Shown here one piece after another: positions 1 to 7,416 of a stretch of 12,099 nt of DNA. Both the position numbers and the translations under genes were made by a program. This DNA is from Archangium sp. GTDB lineage: Bacteria > Myxococcota > Myxococcia > Myxococcales > Myxococcaceae. How positions within the stretch are numbered: position 1 is the first letter of the stretch; each line of letters begins with the position of its first letter. The DNA lies in the NCBI GenBank assembly GCA_031367385.1, contig JANLPS010000497.1:1-12099 (forward strand), written 5' to 3'. The notes under the pieces are model-generated. The model was given only the letters and a program-made list of their open reading frames with translations. It did not search any database and was not told the DNA's origin.

Positions 1-1
1 C

Positions 2-673
2 GAGGCGCTCGGCGAGCAGAGCGCCGGCATCTCGATGCTCGAAGACTGCGCCCAATCGATCGGCACCAAGTCAGCCGGCCGCTCAGTCGGCAGCCTCGGC
101 GTCGGCTGCTTCTCACTGCACCCTCTGAAGATCCTCTCGGCCTTGGGAGACGCCGGCTTCATCACGGTGCAGACCGAGGCCCAGGTGACCGAGCTCAAGC
201 GAATGCGCAACATCGGTCTGGTCGATCGCGATCACTGCGATTCGGTCGACTCGAACATGCGCCTCGACACGATTCACGCCTCGATGCTCCTGGCCAAGCT
301 CCCCCACGTCTCGGAGTGGATCGCCGCTCGCCGCGCCCATGCCGCCGCGTACCGCGAGGCGCTCAAGGGCCTGGTCGAGCTGCCCGCAGAAGAAGGCAAC
401 GGCTTTCACGTCTACAGCGCGTTCGTCATTCGCCACCCCCAGCGCGACGCGCTCGCCGCGTTTCTGGCCGAGCGAGGCATCGAGGCGAAGATTCACTACC
501 CGATACCGATTCACCGCCAGAAGGCGTTCGCTGACTTGAAGCACGGGCCGTTGCCGGTCACCGAGCGGGTCTGCAGCACGATTCTCAGCCTGCCAGTGAC
601 GCCCGAGCTGACCGCCGCGCACCGTACCGAGGTCATCGATGGCATCCGCGAGTTCACCGCGACCAAGCGGTAA
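2..673 (+). CDS. DegT/DnrJ/EryC1/StrS-family PLP-dependent sugar aminotransferase (5'-truncated)
   Basis: The frame is open from base 2, upstream of the ATG at 35. Motifs: EDCAQS (PLP-binding Asp), FSLHPLKILSALGDAG (Schiff-base Lys), NMRLD, HVYSAFVI, IHYPIPIH, ILSLP. Confidence 0.93.
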   Translation, partial: EALGEQSAGISMLEDCAQSIGTKSAGRSVGSLGVGCFSLHPLKILSALGDAGFITVQTEAQVTELKRMRNIGLVDRDHCDSVDSNMRLDTIHASMLLAKLPHVSEWIAARRAHAAAYREALKGLVELPAEEGNGFHVYSAFVIRHPQRDALAAFLAERGIEAKIHYPIPIHRQKAFADLKHGPLPVTERVCSTILSLPVTPELTAAHRTEVIDGIREFTATKR

Positions 674-1664
674 CCCGAGAAAGCTTCTCATCGGCGTGGC
701 CAGGGCGGCGTTGGTCGTGGGCATCTTCACGGCCTTGATCGCGTCTGGTCGGCTCGACCCGAGCCAATTGCTCAGCTCGGTGCTCAAGCCCACCTTTTTC
801 GGCGTGCTGCTCTCACAGATCGGCATCACCCTGCTCAACCAGGGGCGGTGGGTGATGATCGTTCGCCGCAACGCGCCGGTGAGCTTGCGGCGGGCGTGGG
901 TCTCGGCGTTGCGCTCGCAGTTCACCACGCTGATTCTGCCCGCAGTCGGTGGCGGAGACGCAGTGAAGCTGATGTCGCTGCGCGAAGTGCCCGCAGAAAA
1001 AATGGCCGGTACGCTGATCGCCGACCGTGTGTTCGCGCTGTTCGGCTTGGCGTTGGCGCTGGTGATCTCGATCATCGGCGTCTTCGTGCTGGGCCTCACC
1101 GATGCGATGGCCAAGGTGCTGCCGTGGGCATGCCTGGTGGTGCTGGGCATCGCCTGCGTGCTCCCGGGTTTGCTGATCGCCAATCGCATACTCAAAGGCT
1201 CGAAGAACCGGCTCTTCGCCGCGGTTCACGGAGCGATTGAGCGTGCGTCAGGCAGCCTGACGCTCTCGTGGGGCGCTGCGGTGAGCACGGGCATGTCGAT
1301 GGTCTCGATGCTGCTCAACGCCGCCGGCACTGCCCTGGCGTTACAAGGCGCGGGCATCGCTGCGTTCATCGTGACGCCGTTGGTGACACTGTCTTCCGCG
1401 CTCCCAATCACGCCGCAAGGCCTCGGAGTCGCCGAGACCACCGCCGAGTGGCTCTACAGCTCGGTCGGCATCTCTGGGGGCGCGTCGGCGCTGCTCGTGC
1501 TCCGCCTTGCCTGGGTGATGATGACGCTCACCACCGGCCTGGCCTGGCTCGTGCCCGACGCACCCTCACCCGGTCAGCCTGAGGGACTCGAAGGCCCTGG
1601 AGTTACTGCTGTTTCTGCGCCGGCCGAGAATACGGCGAAGGCGGAAACTGGTCAGCCTGGCTGA
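639..1664 (+). CDS. UPF0104 / lysylphosphatidylglycerol-synthase TM-domain (putative flippase-like) membrane protein
   Basis: Many hydrophobic segments plus the family signatures RW, LPAVGGGDAVK, ADR and LPITPQGLGVAE. Overlaps the aminotransferase 3' end by 35 bp; the exact start is uncertain. Confidence 0.82.
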   Translation: MASASSPRPSGNPRKLLIGVARAALVVGIFTALIASGRLDPSQLLSSVLKPTFFGVLLSQIGITLLNQGRWVMIVRRNAPVSLRRAWVSALRSQFTTLILPAVGGGDAVKLMSLREVPAEKMAGTLIADRVFALFGLALALVISIIGVFVLGLTDAMAKVLPWACLVVLGIACVLPGLLIANRILKGSKNRLFAAVHGAIERASGSLTLSWGAAVSTGMSMVSMLLNAAGTALALQGAGIAAFIVTPLVTLSSALPITPQGLGVAETTAEWLYSSVGISGGASALLVLRLAWVMMTLTTGLAWLVPDAPSPGQPEGLEGPGVTAVSAPAENTAKAETGQPG

Positions 1665-3426
1665 GCGGCACCAGGTCGTACTCGCAGTTCTTCATCGGCA
1701 TCATCAGGTACCCCACCCGGCCGGGGAAATGCGTGCTGATCAACTCGCGATCTTCAGCGGCGCTCAAGTGATTCGCGAGCAGCACCGAGTTCTTGAAGTC
1801 AGGGTCGTTGTCAGGCCTGAAGAACACGAAGTGCCGATTGCCGGGGTTGCGGCACACATTGGCCCAGGGCCGCACCGTGAACACCACCGCGTTCGACAAC
1901 TTGGCCGCCTCGATGGCTTCGCTCGGCGCATTGATGTCGGCGCTCAACCGATACAACGTCAGAATTCGCACCGGCACGTGGGTGAGCAGCGCCACCAGCA
2001 CCAACGCGGGCACCAACATCGAGGCAAATGACGCACCCGTGGGCATCGTCAGGGCGAGGCGATCAGTCAGCGCTTTGGCACCGATCGCGCTCATCATCAC
2101 GAGCGGTATGCCCGCCTCGACCGCGTGGTTCGGCCCGAAGGTGTCGACGCCCGGGTCGTACAAGAGAAACCCGGCGATGAAGAACGCGAACGAGCCGAAC
2201 ACCACGCCAGCGTGCTTGCGAGCGAACGGCACGAAGAGTAGCGACACGGGCCACCCCAGCGCGTCGAAGTTCAAGCGCACCAACACCGCGGCGAGCTTCG
2301 AGAGCGCCCCCGTGATGCTCTTGAACTCGAGGTTCGGCACGGCGGCGGCCTTCGCACCCTCCAGGCCCCAGGGCGCGAAGCGACCCTCGTTCTCGACCGT
2401 GTAACGCAGGTACCGCACGTAGGCGGTGAGCCCAGCGCTCCCGGTTTGCAGCTTGTTGACCCATAGAAACAGTGCGCCCAGCACCACCGCCGGCACGCCA
2501 AACGACAGCACGCCCTTCAGCTTGCTCGCCGCGGGCCGCCGCCACACCCCCAACGCCCAACTCACCACCAGCGGAGCCCCCAGCCCCACCGCCGACACCG
2601 GCCGAATAAAGAACCCAATCGCCACGAAGAGCCCGAACAGGGCATCGACCCGCGGCGTCGCATCAGCATCTCTGCTGCGCAGGCAGAACCACGCCGCCCA
2701 GGTGAACGCGAAAGCCGACGAGGTCTGCGAGAGCAACGTCGCCGCGCACCCCATCAACATCGGGGAGCTCAAGTACACGAGCACGCCGATGCGCGCCCAA
2801 TGGCTGTTCGCCAGGCGCCGAATCACCATGAACAACGCCGGCACCGTGGCCCCCGCGTAGATCGGGTTCATCAACCACGGCACGCCCAACCAGACGCCCG
2901 GCGTGAGCAGCGCCGGCCAGCCGAGTGGGTATTGCGAATACATCTGCCCGTCGTTCACCACGAAGGCGTTGTCGAAGAACAGCTTCGCCGCGTGCGAAGG
3001 CACGGTGAGGCGCAGGGTGCTCAGAATCTGCGCCGAGAACAGGTACGCCGACTCGTCATCGGTCACCACCGCGCCATTGAGCGCCGCGCTGCGAATCGCC
3101 AGCGGTATCAGCACACCCAGCAACGAGCCCAGCACGATCACCTGAGGGTCTTTGATCGACGCCCACTCCGTCGACAACCGCGCGAGGCCAGGCCGGTCTG
3201 AGAGCCCTGACAACGCCGAAGCCAACGCGACCGCCGCGGGCGCCGCGAACGTGACGAGCAGCAGCGCGAAGAGCGCGAAGCTGCCGGTCGGCATCCACAC
3301 CGAGCCGAGCAACAGCTGAAACCCGTTGAAGAACTGCAGCCCGCAGGCCCAGAACAGACAAATGCACGCCGCGAACACCACCGCCGGTACCCAGACGCGA
3401 CCGGCGGAGCTCTTTTCTGAAGTCAT
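1603..3426 (-). CDS. GT-C superfamily (ArnT/PMT-like) integral membrane glycosyltransferase
   Basis: About 607 aa with many TM segments. Acidic DDESAY motif in a loop after a TM helix, followed by YPLGWPALL and FFIRP, and a hydrophilic C-terminal domain. Start moved to ATG 3426 (MTSEKSS) because the longer ORF overlaps the divergent epimerase gene. Confidence 0.75.
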   Translation of the reverse strand: MTSEKSSAGRVWVPAVVFAACICLFWACGLQFFNGFQLLLGSVWMPTGSFALFALLLVTFAAPAAVALASALSGLSDRPGLARLSTEWASIKDPQVIVLGSLLGVLIPLAIRSAALNGAVVTDDESAYLFSAQILSTLRLTVPSHAAKLFFDNAFVVNDGQMYSQYPLGWPALLTPGVWLGVPWLMNPIYAGATVPALFMVIRRLANSHWARIGVLVYLSSPMLMGCAATLLSQTSSAFAFTWAAWFCLRSRDADATPRVDALFGLFVAIGFFIRPVSAVGLGAPLVVSWALGVWRRPAASKLKGVLSFGVPAVVLGALFLWVNKLQTGSAGLTAYVRYLRYTVENEGRFAPWGLEGAKAAAVPNLEFKSITGALSKLAAVLVRLNFDALGWPVSLLFVPFARKHAGVVFGSFAFFIAGFLLYDPGVDTFGPNHAVEAGIPLVMMSAIGAKALTDRLALTMPTGASFASMLVPALVLVALLTHVPVRILTLYRLSADINAPSEAIEAAKLSNAVVFTVRPWANVCRNPGNRHFVFFRPDNDPDFKNSVLLANHLSAAEDRELISTHFPGRVGYLMMPMKNCEYDLVPLSQADQFPPSPYSRPAQKQQ

Positions 3427-3524
3427 TCGGGTGGCCAGGGTATCGCGAATGCCCTCTCTCTCAACCGCGTTATTGCGCTCGGTCGAAAAGTCGAGCACCC
3501 TCCGCCGACTCGTTTGATTGCCCC

Positions 3525-3528
3525 GGAG
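3525..3528 (+). promoter_or_regulatory. Putative Shine-Dalgarno for the epimerase/dehydratase gene
   Basis: GGAG 7 nt upstream of ATG 3536. Confidence 0.5.
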
Positions 3529-3535
3529 CATGCTG

Positions 3536-4528
3536 ATGCCGAACATTCTGGTCACTGGTGGCGCTGGTTATGTCGGTGCCGCGCTCGTCCCGAAGCTGTT
3601 GCAGCGCGGGTGGTCGACGCGGGTGCTCGACTTGATGATCTACGGCGAGCAGGCGCTCGAGGGCGTTCGCGCCAACCCGCTGCTCGATGTCATTCGCGGC
3701 GACTTGCGCGACCCGAAGGCCGTCGAGGCCTCGATGAAGGGCGTCGACACCGTCATTCACCTCGCCTGCATCTCGAATGACCCGAGCTTCGATTTAGACC
3801 CCGCACTGGGCAAGTCGATCAACTTCGACTCGTTCAGGCCGCTGGTCGAGGCCGCGCGAAAAGCCGGTGCCACCCGCTTCATCTTCGCCTCGTCGTCGAG
3901 CGTGTACGGCGTCAAGCCGGTCACCCAGCAGGTGCACGAAGACACCTCGCTCGACGCCATCACCGATTACGCGCGCAGCAAGGTCGAGGGCGAGCGCATC
4001 TTGCGTGAGTACGACTCCGCAGATTTTACCACCGTGAGCATTCGCCCGGCCACGGTGTGCGGGTACTCACCCCGGCAGCGGCTCGACATCATCACCAACT
4101 TGATGACGAACCACGCCATCAACCGCGGCACGATCAAGGTGTTCGGCGGCTCGCAGAAACGGCCCAGCATTCACATCGGCGACATGACCGATCTCTACGT
4201 GAAGCTGGTCGACGAGCCCGCCGCCCGCATTCGCAACAAGGTGTGGAACGCAGGGTGGGAGAACTTCACCGCCGATGAGATCGCCAACACCGTGCAGGCC
4301 GAGGTGGGTGGCAATGTGCAGATCGTTCACGAGCCGACCGACGACCCGCGCTCGTACCACATCTCATCGGCTCGATTGAGCGACGAGCTTGGGTTCAAGC
4401 CGAAGGGCTCGACCCGAGACGCCGTGCGCGAGCTCAAGGCCGCGTTCGCCGCCGGCAAGCTGCCCAACGCGCTGACCGACCCGAGGTACTTCAACATCAA
4501 GATGATGCAGTCGCTGAGCCTCAAATGA
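3536..4528 (+). CDS. NAD-dependent nucleotide-sugar epimerase/dehydratase (extended SDR)
   Basis: ILVTGGAGYVG Rossmann motif, VIHLA, FASSSSVYG and catalytic YARSK (YxxxK). GGAG at 3525-3528 lies 7 nt before ATG 3536. Confidence 0.93.
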   Translation: MPNILVTGGAGYVGAALVPKLLQRGWSTRVLDLMIYGEQALEGVRANPLLDVIRGDLRDPKAVEASMKGVDTVIHLACISNDPSFDLDPALGKSINFDSFRPLVEAARKAGATRFIFASSSSVYGVKPVTQQVHEDTSLDAITDYARSKVEGERILREYDSADFTTVSIRPATVCGYSPRQRLDIITNLMTNHAINRGTIKVFGGSQKRPSIHIGDMTDLYVKLVDEPAARIRNKVWNAGWENFTADEIANTVQAEVGGNVQIVHEPTDDPRSYHISSARLSDELGFKPKGSTRDAVRELKAAFAAGKLPNALTDPRYFNIKMMQSLSLK

Positions 4529-6087
4529 GCGACTCGACCGCCGGGTCGAAGCTCCAGAGCCTCGAGCAGCTCAAGGTGCTGCGGCAACAACTCAAAGCCA
4601 CCGATCGCAAGTTGGTGCTCTGCCACGGGCACTTCAACACCATTCACCCTGGCCACTTGCGGTTCTTGCAGTTCGCTCGAGAGCAGGGCGACGCGCTGGT
4701 GATCGCGGTGATGAACTTGAATGAGCTCTCACCGCAGGTGCGGGCCAGCTACTTCGATCAACGGGCGCGGGCACTCAACGTCGCGGCGCTCGACATGGTC
4801 GACGCGGTGTATTGCATCGAAGGCTCGGTGCTCGACGTGATCACCGCCATCGAGCCTGAGGTCTTCGTCAAGGGCCGCGAGTTCGAAGAGCACCGCGAGC
4901 TCATCGCCGACCAGATCAGCGCCGTCGAGAGCCACGGAGGCAAGGTCGTCTTCGGCTCGGGCGAGGTCGAGTACTCGGCGACCTCGGTGTTCGGCGCTCC
5001 GCAGTGGAGAGCCCGGAGCGATCGCTACCGCCAATTCATCGAAGTGTGCAGCCGCAACGGGCTGCGCATCAGCTCGCTCTTCGACGCGACCAAGACGTTC
5101 GAGAAGGTGAAGTTGATGGTGGTGGGCGACACCATCGTCGACCAATTCGTCTCGTGTGACGTGCTCGGCGTCAGCGCCGAGGCCCCCGTGATGACCATTC
5201 GCGAGCTGCAGGCACAAGAGTTCGTCGGAGGCGCGGCAATCATCGCGTGTCATGCCCAGACGCTCGGCGCGGCGTGCACCTACGTCTCGGTCGTCGGTGA
5301 CGATGCGCCTGGTGAATTTTTGCAGCGCAAATTGGGCCAGGCCGGAGTCGCCCACTTGCTCCTGCGCGATTCGAGCCGGCCCACCACATACAAGATTCGG
5401 TACATGGTCGAGCACCAGAAGATGCTGCGGGTCAGCCGGCTGCGGCAGCACGCGCTGAGCACCGAGCTCGAAGAGACGCTCATCGACCGAATCGCCAAGC
5501 GCCTGCCGGGGATGGACGGGATCGTCGTGGCGGATTTCGTCTACGGCGTGCTCACCCCTCGCGTGCTCTCGGCGATCGAAGCGCTCGCCAAGCAACACGG
5601 CGTGAAGCTATTCGGTGACTTGCAGTGCAGCAGCCAAACCGGTGATGCGTCACGGTTTCGCGGCACGACGTTGCTCACGCCGACCGAGCGCGAAGCCCGC
5701 ATTGCCCTGGGAGATCAAACCAGCGGCGTCGAAGCCCTCGCCTCACAATTTCTCGAGAAGACCGGGGCGGCGAACATGGTGCTCAAGCTTGGCGCGAAAG
5801 GTCTGGTCACGTACACGCCCCGCGCTGACGTGCCCGGAGCGTTTCGCACCGCATACTTCCCTGCCCTCGAGAGCCACCCGGTCGATGTCTCGGGCGCTGG
5901 AGACGCGCTGCTCGCAACGATGGCCGTGGGCATGTGCGCCGGGCTCGATGTCGTCTCAGCCGCCGCCGCGGGCACCTGCTCTGCCGCGATCTCGGTCGGC
6001 AGGGTCGGCAACGTGCCGGTCACCGCCGAAGAGCTGGTCGACCACCTGCACTACATTCAGCAGCATGAAGCGAGCTACTCGCTCTAA
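4525..6087 (+). CDS. Bifunctional HldE/RfaE-like protein with reversed domain order: N-terminal cytidylyltransferase-like domain, C-terminal PfkB sugar kinase
   Basis: N-terminal HGHFNTIHPGHLRFL (HxGH) and FVKG. C-terminal VVGDTIVD, VSAEAPV, GGAA, RPTTYKIRY and DVSGAGD (PfkB anion hole). ATGA overlap with the upstream gene. Confidence 0.88.
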   Translation: MSDSTAGSKLQSLEQLKVLRQQLKATDRKLVLCHGHFNTIHPGHLRFLQFAREQGDALVIAVMNLNELSPQVRASYFDQRARALNVAALDMVDAVYCIEGSVLDVITAIEPEVFVKGREFEEHRELIADQISAVESHGGKVVFGSGEVEYSATSVFGAPQWRARSDRYRQFIEVCSRNGLRISSLFDATKTFEKVKLMVVGDTIVDQFVSCDVLGVSAEAPVMTIRELQAQEFVGGAAIIACHAQTLGAACTYVSVVGDDAPGEFLQRKLGQAGVAHLLLRDSSRPTTYKIRYMVEHQKMLRVSRLRQHALSTELEETLIDRIAKRLPGMDGIVVADFVYGVLTPRVLSAIEALAKQHGVKLFGDLQCSSQTGDASRFRGTTLLTPTEREARIALGDQTSGVEALASQFLEKTGAANMVLKLGAKGLVTYTPRADVPGAFRTAYFPALESHPVDVSGAGDALLATMAVGMCAGLDVVSAAAAGTCSAAISVGRVGNVPVTAEELVDHLHYIQQHEASYSL

Positions 6088-6659
6088 CGCAACCGCTCGC
6101 ACAGCCCGTCGAGCACCACGTGCAAGAAGTACGTGTGCGCACACTCGACGAACCCGTAGTCGCTGACCGGCACGTGGCAGCTCAAGCCTGAGAGCGCCCG
6201 GAGCGGGTTTTCGGGCTTGAAGCCGCTCAGGGTGATGAGCTTGCCTCCGATGCCCAGCGCGTACTCGGCGGCATTGAGAATGTTCTTCGACGAGCCCGAG
6301 CTGCTGATACCGATCATCACGTCTTCGGCGCGAAAGTGGCGCTTGTACATTTCGCGAATCGCGTCGGCGTACGAGTAGTCGTTGCTGAAGCAGGTCACCA
6401 TCGCCGGGTCGCTCAGCGTCAGGGCCGGTACCAGCGCGTTCTTGCTCAAGTCGGCGGCGTAGTGGCTGGCCATCGCCTGGCTGGCGCCGTTACCCGCGAG
6501 AAAGACCCTGCCCTTTGCCGCGCGCACGCTCTCGAGCAGCTCGACGGTGCCGGTCAGCCAGTCTTGCGCCGTGCACGTGCCCGCTGGGTTGGCGAACGCC
6601 GAATTCGAAATGACGTCGAAGAACTGCCGTTGGTGTTTCGCCACATCAAGAAAACTCAT
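6084..6659 (-). CDS. gmhA: SIS-domain phosphoheptose (sedoheptulose-7-P) isomerase, GmhA-like
   Basis: 191 aa from ATG 6659. Motifs GNGASQAMASH, NDYSY, ISSSGSSKNI, TLSG and VECAHTYFLH. GAGGAG lies 10 nt upstream; overlaps the upstream gene by 14 bp. Confidence 0.82.
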   Translation of the reverse strand: MSFLDVAKHQRQFFDVISNSAFANPAGTCTAQDWLTGTVELLESVRAAKGRVFLAGNGASQAMASHYAADLSKNALVPALTLSDPAMVTCFSNDYSYADAIREMYKRHFRAEDVMIGISSSGSSKNILNAAEYALGIGGKLITLSGFKPENPLRALSGLSCHVPVSDYGFVECAHTYFLHVVLDGLCERLR

Positions 6660-7416
6660 TCGGGTCGAACTCCTCGGTCGCTTTGGCGTACCGGTCTGCG
6701 GTGTCGATGGCCCAGCGTCTGCCTCGAATCGGCAACGCGTACAGCCCCTGCTTGGCCACCAACGATGGGAAAACATCTGCGGGAAAATCGGCGATGGGCT
6801 TGCGCGGCACGAGGTCGAGCACGCTGGGGTCGAGGCAGTAGATGCCGGAGTTCGTCCACGCCGAGCCGAGCGTGGCGCGCACCTCGGCCGATGGGCGCTC
6901 GATGAACTGCGTCACCTCACCGGCCCAACCGTCAGAACTCGGGTGAGACCCAGAACTCTCATGGTGAGCCTGTCGAACCACGACCACACTGTTCGAAGTA
7001 CTGCTCCGGTGCACCAACAGCGACCCCAGTGCCCGCCGCGCCCGATGAAACGCGAGCAACTCCGCGAGGTCCGCATTGGTCAAAATATCCCCGTAGTGCA
7101 CCACGGTCGACTCATGCCGCCGAACCAGCTCCGCAAACTGCACGAACGCCCCAGCCGTGCCACTCGGAGCGCTCTCTTCGACGAAATGCACCTGCAGCCC
7201 CCACCGCGAGCCATCGCCGACGAACTTCCGAAGCACCGCCGCGTGGTGAAAGCCATTCACGCCGACCTCGCGAATGCCCGCCTCGGCCAAATTCCACAGC
7301 GTGTAATCGAGCATCGGGCGCCCACCGAACGGCAGCATCGGCTTGGGCAAGTCGCGGCCCAGCTCCCCCAGACGACTCCCCATTCCCGCGCAGAGCACGA
7401 TCGCCGCAGAGCTCAC
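6646..7416 (-). CDS. Sugar-1-phosphate nucleotidyltransferase (NTP_transferase family; HddC/mannose-1-P guanylyltransferase-like)
   Basis: AIVLCAGMGSRL, LPKPMLP, GTAGA, YGD, FIERP, NSGIY and WAIDT. The GTG start overlaps the gmhB-like stop (GTGA); GGAGG at 7421-7425. Confidence 0.9.
   Translation of the reverse strand: MSSAAIVLCAGMGSRLGELGRDLPKPMLPFGGRPMLDYTLWNLAEAGIREVGVNGFHHAAVLRKFVGDGSRWGLQVHFVEESAPSGTAGAFVQFAELVRRHESTVVHYGDILTNADLAELLAFHRARRALGSLLVHRSSTSNSVVVVRQAHHESSGSHPSSDGWAGEVTQFIERPSAEVRATLGSAWTNSGIYCLDPSVLDLVPRKPIADFPADVFPSLVAKQGLYALPIRGRRWAIDTADRYAKATEEFDPNEFS
6670..6675 (-). promoter_or_regulatory. Putative Shine-Dalgarno for the gmhA-like gene
   Basis: GAGGAG on the minus strand, 10 nt before ATG 6659. 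Confidence 0.5.
6933..6980. repeat. Short REP-like palindromic segment inside the nucleotidyltransferase gene
   Basis: TGGTGAGCCTGTCGAACCA (6962-6980) is an imperfect hairpin with TGGT/ACCA ends. CAGAACTC is directly repeated at 6933-6940 and 6951-6958 around the mini-hairpin GGGT-GAG-ACCC. The segment encodes the extra peptide RQAHHESSGSHPSS. Confidence 0.55.

Noticed and set aside
113..1195. 360-aa minus-strand ORF, and similar long ORFs (4729-5598 -, 6547-7542 +, 8848-9516 -, 11347-11997 +)
   Set aside because: They lie antisense to genes with clear family motifs and have no motifs of their own. Long shadow ORFs are expected in high-GC DNA.
639..1664. MprF lysyl-phosphatidylglycerol synthase
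   Set aside because: Only the membrane domain is present; there is no cytoplasmic aminoacyl-transferase domain.
2460..2640. C/A-rich stretch on the plus strand (also around 7000-7950) suggesting a repeat or foreign DNA
   Set aside because: Explained by G/T-rich Gly/Val/Leu/Trp codons of minus-strand genes; no periodic unit was seen.
3427..3555. N-terminal extension of the GT-C ORF; likewise 6660-6776 for the gmhA-like gene and 10790-10852 for the fabH-like gene
   Set aside because: These extensions overlap neighbouring genes. The downstream ATGs fit better by RBS, translational coupling or the start of homology.
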